NCBI RefSeq assembly: GCF_963921235.1
Contig: NC_086097.1
Coordinates: 50,036,001 to 50,100,000, forward strand
Length of the DNA stretch: 64,000 nucleotides
Origin: Mobula hypostoma
Lineage: Eukaryota
Direction of reading: 5' to 3'
A program made the position numbers and the translations under genes. The notes below the pieces were generated by a model. It did not search any database. It was not told the DNA's origin and was given only the letters and a program-made list of their open reading frames with translations. Positions 13,115 to 26,349 of this stretch are shown in pieces (the first letter of the stretch is position 1; each line of letters begins with the position of its first letter).

Positions 13115-15393
13115 AATTAGGTGCTAAGTTAAAGGACAGGACCTCCATGATTGTGATCTCAGGATTGCTACCCATGCCACATGGTAGTGAGGCCAGAAAT
13201 AGGAAGATCATGCAGTTTAAACACATGGCTGCGGAGATGGGGCAAGAGGGAGGGCTTCAGATTTTTGGATTATTGGGCTGTCTTCCAGGGAAGGTGGGAC
13301 CTATACAGTGTACAGGAGGGATGACTTGCACCTGAACTGGAGGGAGACTAATGTTTTAGAGGGTAGGTTTGCTATTGCTGCATGGTGGGGGGGGCGGGTG
13401 GTGTTAAACTAGAGTTGCAAGGGATGGGAACCAGAGCACCAGAACAGATAGTGAAGTGGGTATTGAGAAAGATGTTGTTAAGCCTACATACAAAGTTAGG
13501 AATCAAAAGATCAAGCATGATAGTAGTAATGTTCTAAGCTGTGTATATTTCAGTGCAAGGAGTATTGTCGGACAGGTGGCTGAGCTATGACATTGCAGCC
13601 ATTCATGAGGGTTGGTTGCAGGAGGGGCAGGATTGGCAGTGTTCTGGGTTTTGTTGTTTTAGACATACAGAGCGGGAGGTATTAAAGAGGGAAGGGTGGC
13701 ATTCCTAGTCAGGGAAAATGCCTCGGCAGTGCTCAATCAGAACAGACTGGAGAGCTCATCTAGTGAGGCTTTATGGGTAGAAATGCAGAATAGGAAAGGT
13801 ATGGCCATGTTAATGGGATCATATTGTGGACCACCCACAGTCCTAGAGATTTAGCAAAGCAAATTTATAGACAGGTTACAGACTGTTGCAGGAAACATAA
13901 GGTGATAATAGTAGGTGATTTTAACTTTCCAAATCTTGACTGGGACTCCCATACTGTACAGGGCTGGATGGGAAAGAGTTTGTCAAGTGTGTTCAGGAAA
14001 GTGTCCTTAATCAGTACATAGAAGTCCCAACTAGAGAGAGTGTGATAATAGGGAATGAGAGAGGGCAGATGACGGAAGTTTGTATAGGGGAATACTGTTC
14101 ATCTAATGATCATAAGGCCATTAGTTTCAAGGTAATTGTGGAAAAAGCTAATCAGGATGAGAGCCTAACTTAGAGAAAGACCAATTTTGATGGTATCAGA
14201 AAGGATCAGGCAAGTGTGGACTGAACTGGTTGTTTTCTAGTAAAGGTGTACTTGATAAGTGAGAGGCCTTCAAGAGTGAAATTTTGAGGTACAGGGTTTA
14301 TATGTTCCTGTCAAAATAAAAGGCAAGGGCAACAGATATAGGGAACATTTGTTTTTGAGAAATATTGAGGCCCTGGTTAAGAAAAAGAAGGAGGTACATA
14401 GCAGGTAAAGGCAGCAGGAACAAATGAGGTACTTGAGGAGTAAAAGCAATGCAAGACAACACTTAAGAAAGAAATCATGAGGGCTAAAAAAAAGGCATAA
14501 GTTTGCTCTAGCAGACAAGGTGAAGGAGAATCCTAAGGTCTTCTAAAGATATGTTAAGAACAGATAGCAAGGGACAAAATTAGTCCTCCGGAAGATCAGA
14601 GTGGTAATCTATGCATGAAGCTGAAAGAGATGGGGAAGATCTTAAGTGGATTTTTACATCTGTATTTACTCAGGAGACGGACACAGATTCTACAGATGTG
14701 AAGCAATGCAGCAAAGAGGTCATGGACCCTATACCGATTACAGAGGAGCAGGTGTTTGCTGTCTTGAGGCAAATTAGGAGGATAAATCCCCAGGGCTTGA
14801 CAATGTGTTCCTTTGGACCCTGTGGGAGGCTAGTGCAGTAATTGCAGGGGCCCTAGCAGAAATATTTAATACATCCTTAGCCACAGCTGAGATGCTGGAG
14901 GATTGAGCGATAGCCAATGTTGTTCCATTCTTTAGGAAAGGCTCTAAGAATAAGCCAGGAAATTATAGGCCAGTGAGCCTGATATCAGCAGTGGGAAAGG
15001 TATTGGAAGGTATTCTAAGGTACTGGATATTTCAGTGTTTGGATAGACATGGACTGATTAGGGATAGTCAACATAGCTTTGTGCATGGAAAGACAAAAAT
15101 CTTATAGAGTTTTTCAAGGAAGTTACCAATAACATTGATGAAGGCAAGGCAAGGGATGTTATTGACAGGGATTTTAGCAAGGCCTTTGACAAGGTCCCGT
15201 ATGGGAGTTTGGTCAGGAAGGTTCAGTCACTTGGCATTCAAGATGAGGTAGTAAATTGGATTAGACACTGGCTTCACGGAAGAAACCAGAGGGTGATTGT
15301 AGTGGTTGAAAGCCTATGACCAGTGGGTGTGTCACAGGGATCAGTGCTGGGTTCCTTGTTTGTCATCTATATTAACGATCCGGATGCTAATGT

Positions 15394-18300
15394 TGTTATG
15401 TTTTATAATTCCAAAACATAAAACCAATCGAAAGAAAAACAAGGAGCCAGGAGATAACTCATGTATGCTTCATTTTTACTTTTAGTGAGTCATGCACATA
15501 TGATGCGGTGGTGTAATGACATATGTCATCCATGTACTTTTACATATAACTTGTTATGAATTATGTAAATAGCAAACAATGCTCTATGAAACAATATATT
15601 TTCAATATTAGTCAGATATTACTGAAACATTATATATATTTATATGGATTATTTATTACTCTTGTGGGCTAACATATTTCCTCATGACAGGAGTCACTCT
15701 GCTTGGCAGGTGAGACTTGTGGCTATGTAACAATCTCAGGTTCAGGGGCCTCCTCCGTGGTGGTTATAGGAGTTGACTCTTGGACTGCAGGAAGTGATTC
15801 TAATAGCTCTAGAAATCTTTCTTCTGAATCTGTTGGCATCCTGAGCAGTGCATGTCAAGCTGCTCAATCTGCTGATTTATCTCAGGCCACCAAAGCTTCG
15901 AGTCAATGCTTTCATTTTGACCACACTTAAATGACCTGTTTGTGGCTCCTCCAACATGTTAGCTCTCATCTTGGATGTTACAACAACTCTCAATATCCCA
16001 TGCAAGGCAACCCTGTGAAGGGCAAAGTCATCCCGGCGCTGGCAAAAAGGGGGAGCTGGAATTTCTGCTGTACATTCTAGCTATTTTGGGTGGTCATGTA
16101 AACCTGAGACAGTGTGGGATCTTTTCTGGTTTCCCTATGGTTTATTCCTACCATCCATCACTGCTTGAATTTTCTCCACACACTTGTGTAGTTCTTGTGC
16201 ATTGATGGTGTAACCACTGAAAGTGATGCTTGGTGTAGAAGAATTCACGCTTGCTGCATCATGCTCTGAGCCCATATATTACTAATAATTTTACCACTGT
16301 CTTAAAAGCTTGGAGATGCCCCTTGTCATCCTTACCAGATAACACTGAGTGTCTAGGCGGCCTTTCAGCACCTGGCCCATAGCTTTCTGCCAGAGTGCAA
16401 GTGCAGATGCTATTATAGCGATCAAGCCCTTTGTGAGTGTTTGTGGAGAGAAACACTTTAAACTCTTCTTTCATCTCCATCTGTAGGTAGGCCTCAGCTT
16501 AGTGCACTTTGCTGAAGGGTTTCCCTCCAGAAAGGTTTGCAAATATATCCTCTGTCCTGGGCAGAAGGTATTGATCTACTTTCAGTACTGGGTTGATGGT
16601 GACCTTAAAATCCCCACAGATCCTGACAGACCCATTCTTCTTGGTTGCTGGGACCACTGGCATTGTCCATGGGTTCCATTCAACCTTGGAAAGAATTCCT
16701 TCAGCCTCCATGCGATCTAGCTCACTGACCACTTTATCACAGATATTATTGGGAACCCAAGAGGCTTTATAAGACTTGAGTATGGCATTTTCATTTAATA
16801 CTATTTTACTCTTGTTTGAGCTTCCCAAAGCCATCCGAAACACAGCTGTGGTATCATCCATTCCCTTTCTTAATTCACTTTCAGTTGACTTATTGCAGTG
16901 GATGTGGCATGAAAATGGTGGATGGATCTCCAATCAAGTTGTAATTGTCTCAGCCTTTCACAACCCCACAATGCTGGCCCTCCTGTTTTTATACATAAAG
17001 CCCTATGTGGCTTGTTGGTTGTTGTATTTCACTCTTAAGAATGTCACTCCATGGGAATTATCTCTTCTTCGGTATAAATTCTTAGTTAGATATCTGCAGG
17101 TTTCAGTTTAGTATCAAACTTATTTTGTGGAATGACTGAAACAGCCAAGCCAGTGTCCTATTCTATTTCAATTAATTTGCCCTTCACTTCTGGTGTAAGC
17201 CATATTGTTTATCTCTTGTTATTTTTGCACATTGTAAATCTCAAGGCTATCCATTTCTGTGTCACTCTCATCATTCTCAGATTTTTCATCAACAGCATGT
17301 AGATTAGTGTTTCTTTAAATTTGCCACATGACTTTTTATCTTTATTTCTTCCCTTTGCAGTTAATTTACTTTTGTCTGCAGATGTGTCCTGGTTTAATGC
17401 ATTTTCTGCAAGCTTTGCCTTTAAATCTGCATTGGTCTTGTTGTAGGTGAGCATCTACCACAATGGTAACACAGTTTGTTTGGCCAGACAGGTTTCTGTA
17501 TAGATGTTCCAATATTGTTCATGATCACTTTCATTCCTGACTGCAACTCAATAGTGTCTCTGCTGTTTCCATTGATACAGCGATTTCAACTGCTCTTTTA
17601 AATGTGAGCTGTGCTTCAGTTAGGATCTGTTTTTGAATGGTTTCTTGTAAGAGTCCACAAACTGAAAGATCTCTTAGTGCATCATTAAGCCCATCAATGA
17701 ACTCACAATGCTTGGACAATTTCTTCAGTTCGGCCACGTAAGTTGAAATGGAATCCTCTTCCTTTTGATTTTGTTTATGAAAACCTAAAGCATTCTGCAA
17801 TCAACAATGGTTTTGGTTCTAAGTGTTCCTGCATTACTTTCACAATATCAACAAAGCTCATTTTGGCTGGTTGGTTGGAGCAGTCAAACTTCTAAGTAAA
17901 CTGCATGTCTTTAAACCCAATGCACTCTGCAAAACTGGCACTGGCTATTTCATTTGCTTCAAAATACAGATCAATTCGTTCAGTACTGTATACATATTCC
18001 AATTATCTCTTGTGCAACTGAATCAATTTATTTTTCCAATGTAGGAACATTTCTGCTTCTTTTAAATTATTATTATCACCTGGTATTCATTGTTTATGAA
18101 CCCATGAATTTCACCCATTACCTGCCTTTTTTTAAACTCCAATGTCTCCTCCTCTTGTAAAGAAAGTCCGATGTGATTTTTTTAAGTCTCACTCGAAAGT
18201 CTCACTGAGCTTTTAGAAATTTGAACATCTCACTGTGTTTCAACAGGTAGGAGGTTGTCTCAGGTTCATTTTAAAACTTACTCATTGCCACTGTTATGTT

Positions 18301-18539
18301 TTGTAACTCCAAAACATAAAATTATTTGAAAAAAACACAAGGAGCTGGGAGATAACGTGTGCGCTTTGTTTTTGCATTTAGCGAGGCACGCACATATGAC
18401 ATGGTGGCATAATGACGTGTGTTATTCATGTACATTTACATATATCCCATAATGAATTACGTAAATGACAATGCTTAATCAAACAATATATTTAAAATAT
18501 TACTCAAATATTACTGAAATATTAAATGCATACACAACA
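15394..18539 (-). mobile_element. Decayed Gypsy-like LTR retrotransposon with both LTRs (18292-18539, 15394-~15640)
   Basis: Two similar LTRs; PBS-like GTGGCAATGAG after the 5' LTR; gag (YVAELKKL) and RT (VRICGDFKVTINP) remnants; TSD AATGT/AATAT. Confidence 0.85.
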
Positions 18540-19504
18540 AATATGGTAAACTGGATCAGCATGTCCAGTTGCGGATGACACCATGACTGGAAGTGTAGTG
18601 GAAAACAAGGAAAATTATCAAAGCTTGCAGTGGGATCTGGAGCAGCTGAAAAAAGGTACTGAAAAATGGCAGATGAAATTTAATGCAGGCAAGTGTAAGG
18701 TGTGGCACTTTGGGAGGACCAAGCAGGATACGTGGTGAATGGTGTAGCACTGAGGAATGTGGTAGAACAGAGGGATCTGGGAATATAGATCCATAATTTT
18801 TTGAAACTGGCATCAAAACTTGGTAGAGTCACGAAGGAAGCTTTTGGCCTTCATAAATCAATGTATTGAGTACAGGAGTTGCAATGTTATGTTGAAATTG
18901 TATAAGATGTTGGTAAGGCCAGATTTGGAGTGTTGTATCCAGTTTTGGTCACCTACCTACAGGAAAGATGTAAATGAGATTGAAAGAGTGCAGAGAAACT
19001 TTACAAAAATAGTGCAGGGAGTCGAGAACCTGAGTTATAAGGAAAGGTTGAATAGGTTACGATTTTATCCCCCAGAATGTAGAAGATTGAGGGGATATTT
19101 TATAGAGGTAAACAAAATTATGGTTTAGATAGGGTAAATACAAATAGGCTTTTTCCACTGAGGTTGGGTGAGACTACAAATAGAAGTTATGGGTTAAGGG
19201 TGAAAGGTGAAATATTTAAGGAGAACATGAGTGAGAACTTCTTCACTCAGAGGATGGTAAGAGTGTGGAACAAGCTGCCAGCGCAAGTGGTGGATGCAGG
19301 GTCAATTTCAATATTTAAGAGAAATTTGGATAGGTACATGGATGGGAGGTGTATGGTCTGGGTGCAGGTTGATGGAACTAGGCAGATTAATGGTTCTGCA
19401 AATACTAGATAGGCTGAAGGGTCTGTTTCTGTGGTGTAGTGCTCTATGACTATGATTCTTTGACTTGATTTTGCAAAATGCACATTGCTGTCCTGCTGTT
19501 AATT

Positions 19505-21040
19505 TTTATTCCACACTACGAATAATTAGGGTTTTCAATTTAACAAGATTATACTGGATGAAGAAGGTAATTTGGTTATCTCAGTAACCAATCTTGAAAT
19601 ATTTTAACATTGGCCCACTATAACATCAAATTGTCCTCAAGGTAATTCTCAAGCTATTGTAGCTACTATTTCATATGGTGATGATTCTTTGTAGTTTTCC
19701 TTATTTGAATTTGCATCCCCTAGTTACACTTCTGGATTACAGTGTAATACACCAAATTAACATTCTTTCACATTATAAATGATGTTTGTCATGTTAAAAC
19801 AAATGATTACTGTTTGAAATCGAAGAGTTTTCAGATTGTATGTTTATACATCTGATTTATTGATGACACATATACAGAGTTGGCAGATGCATTAACTTTC
19901 AGCTAACCTAACAAAACAAAGGTACTATTTCAAATGGGTAATACCTTAAAGTAATCATGGTATATATCAGCAGCTGTTTCAGAATACAAATTGTCAGTGA
20001 ACTATATTTACAGCAAAAATATTCACACAAATTTTAAAACATATTCAGGATTTCAGTAGAAGAACAAATTAGCTTACTATCCATTAAGCTCCACTGATAT
20101 GTTGACATTAATCACTTGGAATATACTGTGCATGTATAGTCTTTTAGACAATTTTGTTGATTGGATATTATTCATCTGCATGCATTTGAAATAATTTATG
20201 ATGCTAATTAATACTAGTGCTTGAGTTCAATTACATGAAATCCAATATAAACATTTCAGAATGATTGTGAAAAGCTGGGTAGTGTAATGGATTAGACATT
20301 GATTTTTCAAGACAAAGACATAGGCCGAATACCTCTGGGATAAAAATATTCACAAAATTGCTACTAAAATTATTTGAATTGTTAATATTCATTACAAAGT
20401 GCTAGTCTGGATTAAGATGAAAACATACAATACTAGTGCAATGTGATGTATGTTTCTACTTGCTGATGCAAAGTGATTCAAAGGAACTTTAACTGTGTAT
20501 TTGACAATATTTTATATATGTTGCCTTAGTTATAAAAAAAATTATAAAATATATTCTGACTGACTGCAGGTGACTATTCTGAAAGGGTCATATAATGTAA
20601 TGTCAGCAAATGTAAACTGATTGATGATATGTGGTGTGAAATGAAGCTTAGGAAGTAGGAAGTTTTTTTTTACATTTAAACCAAAAACAGCATTGGAGCA
20701 ACCTGTACATAAATGTGTAAAATAATGTACAATTTAAATTCAGATCTTAAAGAGAGTCCTATTATATGTGAGCCTGTGATTTTTAACAATAGATGCTGTG
20801 TGCAATGTCCTTATTGTTCTGCAGAATATATATTTTGCTAAGAATAATCAAGTAATATTTGATTAAATACAGAAAACAGTAGATGAATACATTGTAAAAG
20901 CATCATTTCACAATTATAAACAAAACTGTAAATATATATCTTGCTCCTTGGTTACAGAATTGTTAATCTGTGTTGTCTCAGATTCAGATACAGAGAAGGC
21001 AACTGAAGGAACTTGGGATGTTTAATATAACTGCTTTTCT
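19505..21040 (-). other. Probable AHNAK2 3' UTR with candidate AATAAA signals at 19861-19856 and 19510-19505
   Basis: AT-rich stretch with no recognised TE after the stop codon. Plus-strand tttatt at 19856 and 19505; the 19856 site has a U/GU-rich tract downstream on the minus strand. Confidence 0.55.
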
Positions 21041-22011
21041 TCATTCTGATTTTTTTTCCATCTTTCTCTGGAAAACAGTGGATGACCCTTCAGTAGGTGC
21101 TGCTTCTAGAACAGTGTCTTCATGTATTTCAGGATTCTCAGGTAAGGTTACTGCAGTTTTGGTAAAATTCTTAGAGAAGGAGTGGCTTTTGAGAGATTCA
21201 GTACATTCTGATTTAGATGACTGGAAATCAGCCAGGAATGAAGAATATTCGTTAGTAACGTTTTCTTGTCCAGAAGACTCACTGGCAGCACATTCTTGAA
21301 TGCTGTATTTCTTAGTGATATTAGTGGAATGTTCTTTTGGATACATTTGCGATGAATTTTCAGAATATGAATATTCTGATAGTTTGGGAGCTTGAAAATT
21401 TTGTGGCTTGTCTGTACTTTGTTCCTTGAACGTTTTTGTTATTTTACTTTCAGTCAAAGTAGTTTGAAGAATTCCAGTTGACGTCTGATAGGTTTGATCT
21501 TGGCTTTGATGAGGACTTTCAGACAAGGGCATTTTTCTTGACTTAGATGACTTTATATTCATTGTGAAATCACCTGACTCAAGCAAAGCAAGCTCAGTTC
21601 TGGCAGTTGATGTTACTACTTGGCTGGACTTTTTCACATGCTCATCTATTATGACATCAACATTTTTGCACTTAGTTACCATTTGACCACTGTCATCAGC
21701 TGCAACTATATTTTCAACACTTTCATCAACTGCTGCTTTATTTGAAGACTGATGACCATGAGTTGTCATTTCAGTAGATTTGAGACCAAGTTTATGTGCT
21801 TCAACACCTAGCACTGTAGCTTCATGTGAAGCTTGTTTCTCTCCATCGGTATTGTGCTCTTTTTTCCATGGTGATGAAAAGCTAATTTTCGGAAATTTAA
21901 ACCAACTTGCCTTTTCTTTTGGTGTGGAACTATCTTTTGTTTTTAATGCAACATTTGTCAGGGAAACTTCAGGTATAGCTTTATTCAGACCTTCGTTCAT
22001 CTTTCCCAGAA
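21041..22011 (-). CDS. AHNAK2: AHNAK2-like terminal coding exon (C-terminal domain)
   Basis: 'EKASWFKFPKISFSSP' and 'VVTSTARTELALL' match recalled AHNAK2 C-terminal motifs (EKAGWFRFPKLGFSSSP, VTSAARTELIL). Strong polypyrimidine acceptor tttcttattccttttacgtttcag|TT at 22011 is phase 1, matching the giant-exon donor (G+TT=Val). TGA at 21043-21041. Confidence 0.85.
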
Positions 22012-22519
22012 CTGAAACGTAAAAGGAATAAGAAAAAGGAACATCTGAGAATTCAAATATCACTTTACGCAATCCAATATCATCTCTAAACTTCTCTGCC
22101 TTTGTCTTGTCAATGTTCATTTCAACCTAATGTGGTTATCAAAATGCTTCGGTTTAAGAGGAATAAGTATTTTGCACAAAGAGTTGATGATATCTGGATT
22201 GAGCTGCCAGAGAAGGAACAGAAACAACATTTAACAACCAACTGAACAGTAACTTGAATGAGCAAGTCACTGAGCACTATGAATTTAATCCAGGCAAATG
22301 GGCTTAATATAAATTGGCATGATGGCTGACACTGAGGTTGTGAACCAAGTTCTATGACTATGACTTCAAGAATGTACATGCATTAAAATATCTAAATTGT
22401 TCATATGGACACAAGCATCTTCATATAGTTTAATTTCAATTGTGCATGCTGTGCTTTCATTTTAGGTGTTTTCATATTTAATCAGGTGAGTTTATAGTCT
22501 AGCAATTGATGGCAGCTCT

Positions 22520-22715
22520 TGACTCATAAAGTGAGTGAGTCCTTTGATGACTACAAAAAGATTAAGAATATACTTCAGAGAAATCAGGAGGACAAAGAAA
22601 GGGTATGAGATGGACCTGGCGGGCAAGATTAAGGAAAATTACAAGATGTTCTGTAGGTGTATTAATGGTAAAAGGGTGACTAGGGAAAAAAAAAAGGTTC
22701 CCTTCAAGATCAGCA
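22520..22715 (+). mobile_element. CR1 ORF2 fragment
   Basis: REIRRTKKGYE..KIKEN.K.F motif. Confidence 0.6.
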
Positions 22716-22759
22716 AGTCTGCTATAACTGGCGCACCAGTTGTGTGTTGGAGAACAGGG

Positions 22760-25700
22760 CAGGTTCAGGCATAAAAGGAAGGAACTGCCTAGCGGAGCAG
22801 TCATCAAAGGAGCGGTCATCGATAGAGTGGTCTGAGTCAGAGTGGTAGGGCTTTGGCTCATTCGGGCTTCGACGAGGTAAGTAGGTAAGTGGACTTCATT
22901 TTTTCCTTGCATTTTTTGAGGAATAGAGAGTATGTCTATAGGGTTAGTGCTTTGCTCTGGGTGTCAGATGTGGGAATCCTGGGAATTTCCAGTCTCCCAG
23001 AGGGTCCCATCTGCACCAGGTGCACCGAGATGCAGCTCCTGAGAGAGCATGTTAGGGATCTGGAGCTGTGGCTTGATGACCTACAGCTTATTAGGGAAAA
23101 TGAGCAGGGAGATAGATAGGAGGTACAGGGAGTTAGTCACCCTGAGGCTAGAGGAGTTAGACAAGTGGGTGACTGTCAAGGAAGGGAAGGGAAGAGCTCA
23201 GATAGTAGAGACCACCCCTTTAGCCATCCCCCTCAGTAATCGTTTTCCTGTTTTGGATGCTTTGGGGGGGGGAGGTGACCTGACAGAGGATGACCACAGC
23301 GACTGGGTCTCTGGCACTGAGCCTAGTTCCATGGTGCAGAAGGGAGAGAAGAAGATGAGGATTGCAGCAGTCATAGGGGATTCCATAGTGAGGGGAACAG
23401 ACATGAAGTTCTGTCACCCTGATGGAGATAGCCCCATGGTGTGTTGCCTCCCAGGTGTCAGGGTATGGGATGTCTCGGATCAGGTGCGAAGTATTCTGAA
23501 GGGAGGTGGTGACCAGCCAGAAGCCTTGATACACATTGGTACCAATGACATTGGTAGGAAAAGGGAGGAGATCCTGAAGAGAGAATTCAGGGAGTTGGGT
23601 AGGAAGCTGAAAAGCAGGACCTCCAGGGTAGTAATGTCAGGATGGCTGCCAGTGCCACATGCTAATGAGCACAAGAATAGCATGATCAGGCATATTACTG
23701 AGTGGCTGAGAGACAGGTGCATGGGGCAGGGCATCGGATTCATGGATCACTGAGGCCTCTTCTGGGGGAAGTACGACCTGTACAAAAAGGATGGGTTATA
23801 CCTGAACCCAAAGCGGTCCAATATCCTAGCAGGCAGGTTTAATAGAGCTATTAGGGAGGGTTTAAACTAATTTGGCAGGAGAATGGGAACCGGATTGATA
23901 AGACTGAGGAAGGGGGAAACTGAAATAAATCAGAAGTAGCGTGCAACAGAGATGATAGAAAGAGCAGGCAGGAGGTGCGGCTTAATCACAGACAGTGGGA
24001 TGGTTTACAGGGCAATCGAGGCATGATGCAGTTAAAACAGAAAGCAACAAATACCAGACTGGAAGTGTTATGTTTGAATGCACATAGCATAAGAAATAAA
24101 ATGGATGATCTTGAAATTCAGCTATAGATTGGCAAGTATGACGTTGTGGCCATCTCTGAAACTTGGCTAAAGGATGGCTGCCATTGGGAGCTGAATGTCC
24201 AAGGATATACGGTGTATCAGAAAGATAGGTTAGTAGGCAATGGGGGTGGTGTGGCCCTGTGTATAATATTAAGTTATTAGAAAGGGATGACATAGGATCG
24301 GAAGGTGTAGAGTCTCTATGGGTTGAGTTAAGAAATGGCAAGGGTAAAAGGACCCTAATAGCAGCTGTATACAGACCTCCAAACAGCAGCTGGGATGTGG
24401 ATTACAAATTACAGCAGGAGATAGAAAAAGCGTGTCAGGAGGGCAATGTCATGATAATTGTTGTGGATTTTAACGTGAAAGTGGATTGGGAAAACCAGGC
24501 CAGTACTGGACCTCAAGAGAGAGAATTGGTAGAGTGTCTAAGGGATGGCTTTTTAGAACAGCTTGTTATTGAGCCCATTAGGGGATCGGCTGTGCTGGAT
24601 TGGGTGTTGTGCAATGATCTGGAGGTGATAAGAGAGCTTAAGGTTAAGGTACCCTTAGGGAACGGTGATCACAATATGATCGAGTTCACTTTGAAATTTG
24701 AGAGGGAGAAACTGAATTCCAATGTGTTGGTATTTCAGTGGAATAAGAGGAAGTGCAATGGCATGAGAGGGGAGCTGGGCAAGGTTGAGGAGGAGAAGAT
24801 GGCACGCAGCCTCTCCAGTGATGATGTCTGTTATCTGTCAAGTAGGGGACCATGCACAATTCTGATTTGATGGAGACAGACGTCAGAGTACGGAGGAACA
24901 TCTGGAAAACTTCTGAAATGCCCGCTTCGCTGCCGCTGCTACTGTGTGGTAGCCAGAATTTCCGGAGCAGAAGGCCCCAAAATCCTCGGCTTTGTTTGTT
25001 TCAGTGGCTGGGGCGAGGTCAAAGGCGCTCGGCAGAGGATGACACTCGGGAGGCTGTATCGGAGGGGCTGGTCGGAGGCTCGAAGTTTTCGGATGGGTGG
25101 ACTCGGTGTCGGCTGTGGTCAGCTGCTTCCCAGGCATCGGCAAGTTGACGGTGCCTGGAGGGTTATGGCAGGGAGTTTCTCCTTTTTGCCACCTGCTATC
25201 AGGGACTCGGGAGTCGATCGACTCGGGGACCTTGAGACATTTTTTACCATGCCCATGGTCTGTTCTTTATCAAGTTATAGTATTGTTTTGCACTGCTGTA
25301 ACTATACGTTATAATTACATGGTTCTGTCAGTGTTAGTCTTGGTTTGTCCTGTTTTCTGTGCTATCACTCAGGAGAAACATTGTATCATTTCTTAATGCA
25401 TGTATGCATTTCTAAATGACAATAAAAGAGGACTGAGTGTTCTCATAATCTAAATCTAAAGAGACACTAGCAGGAAGGACAGCAGAGCAGCAATGGCTGG
25501 AGTTTCTTCAAAAAATGAGAGAAGTGCAAGACAAATATAATCCAAATAAGAAGAAATTTTCGAATGGAAGAAGGAAACTACCATGGCTGACAAGTGAAGT
25601 CAGAGCCAAAGTAAGAGCAAAAGAGAGGACATACAAGGAAGCCAAAGCTAGTAGGAAAATATAGAGGACTGGGAAGCTTTTAAAAACTTGCAGAAGGAAA

Positions 25701-26020
25701 CTAAAAAGATCATTAGGAAGGAAAAGATGAATTATGAAAAGAAGATGGCGACTAATATCAAAGAAGATACTAAAAGCTTTTTTAAGTATATAAAGGGTAA
25801 AAGAGAGTTGAAGGTAGCTATAGGACCAATAGAAAATGACGCTGGAGTTTGGACTTGATACTGCAGGACACTATACAATGGTTGTATTATTTGTTGTTGA
25901 AGCCACACTTGGAGTACTGTGGATGGTTTTGGTCACCCTGTTATAGGAAAGATGTGGTTAAGCTGAAAAGTGTGCTGAAAAGCTTTATGATGATGTTTCC
26001 AGGACTAAAAGGCCTGAGTT
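22760..26020 (+). mobile_element. CR1 5' half (5' UTR, ORF1 zinc finger plus SGNH esterase, ORF2 endonuclease), internally deleted
   Basis: ICTRC, VIGDSIVRGTD, CCLPG, HIGTND, VYRPPN and DHNMIEF motifs. Confidence 0.85.
24789..25457 (+). mobile_element. ~670-bp non-autonomous retroposon (SINE or deleted LINE) inserted in CR1
   Basis: GC-rich 5' part starting ggaggagaagatggc; aataaa and taatct/taaatct tail; the host CR1 frame ELGKV|KETLAGRT is interrupted. Confidence 0.6.
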
Positions 26021-26199
26021 AGAGGTGTCAACTATATCTTTTTTTAAAATTATGCTGCCTGACTTGCTGATTTCATTTAGCAGTTTGCTTTTTGTTCCGC
26101 ACCCCAGTTCCTAGTCTCTTGGGTCTCTCTATATTCTGTTCTAAACCCTCTTTACCTATACCATTTTAAAACCCGAATGTGGTTGTTTCATTTATTTAA

Positions 26200-26345
26200 A
26201 CTCGCAATAAACTCCAAATGCTGGAATCTGGGGCAACATACAAGGGGCTAGAGGAACTCTGCAAGTCAAGCAGCATCTTTGCACAGGAATGGATATTCAT
26301 TGTTTTTGAGGCAAGACACTTCATCTGAACGTCTGGTCCAGATAG
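26200..26345 (-). mobile_element. Degenerate Penelope-like pLTR fragment
   Basis: Similar to the 2202-2322 arm (atgctggaa...gaactc...gcagcatc...ttcatc). Confidence 0.5.
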
Positions 26346-26349
26346 ACTC

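Larger units (their letters stand above)
11100..19460 (+). mobile_element. Old near-full-length CR1 LINE, interrupted at 11862-13114 and 15394-18539
   Basis: ORF1 esterase remnants (VVIGD, HISTND), APE endonuclease (VGDFNFP), RT (INDPD|..NWIS) and 3' end all continue across both insertions. Confidence 0.85.

Noticed and set aside
22012..22120. 359-aa ORF as an independent gene
   Set aside because: The first 36 codons include the polypyrimidine tract and acceptor; the rest carries AHNAK2 C-terminal motifs.
22872..22890. Tandem gtaagt donor motifs
   Set aside because: Part of the CR1 5' UTR, antisense to the gene; no evidence of use.
23049..23753. SGNH/GDSL esterase-like ORF as a host gene
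   Set aside because: It is CR1 ORF1, frameshifted and directly followed by the ORF2 endonuclease.
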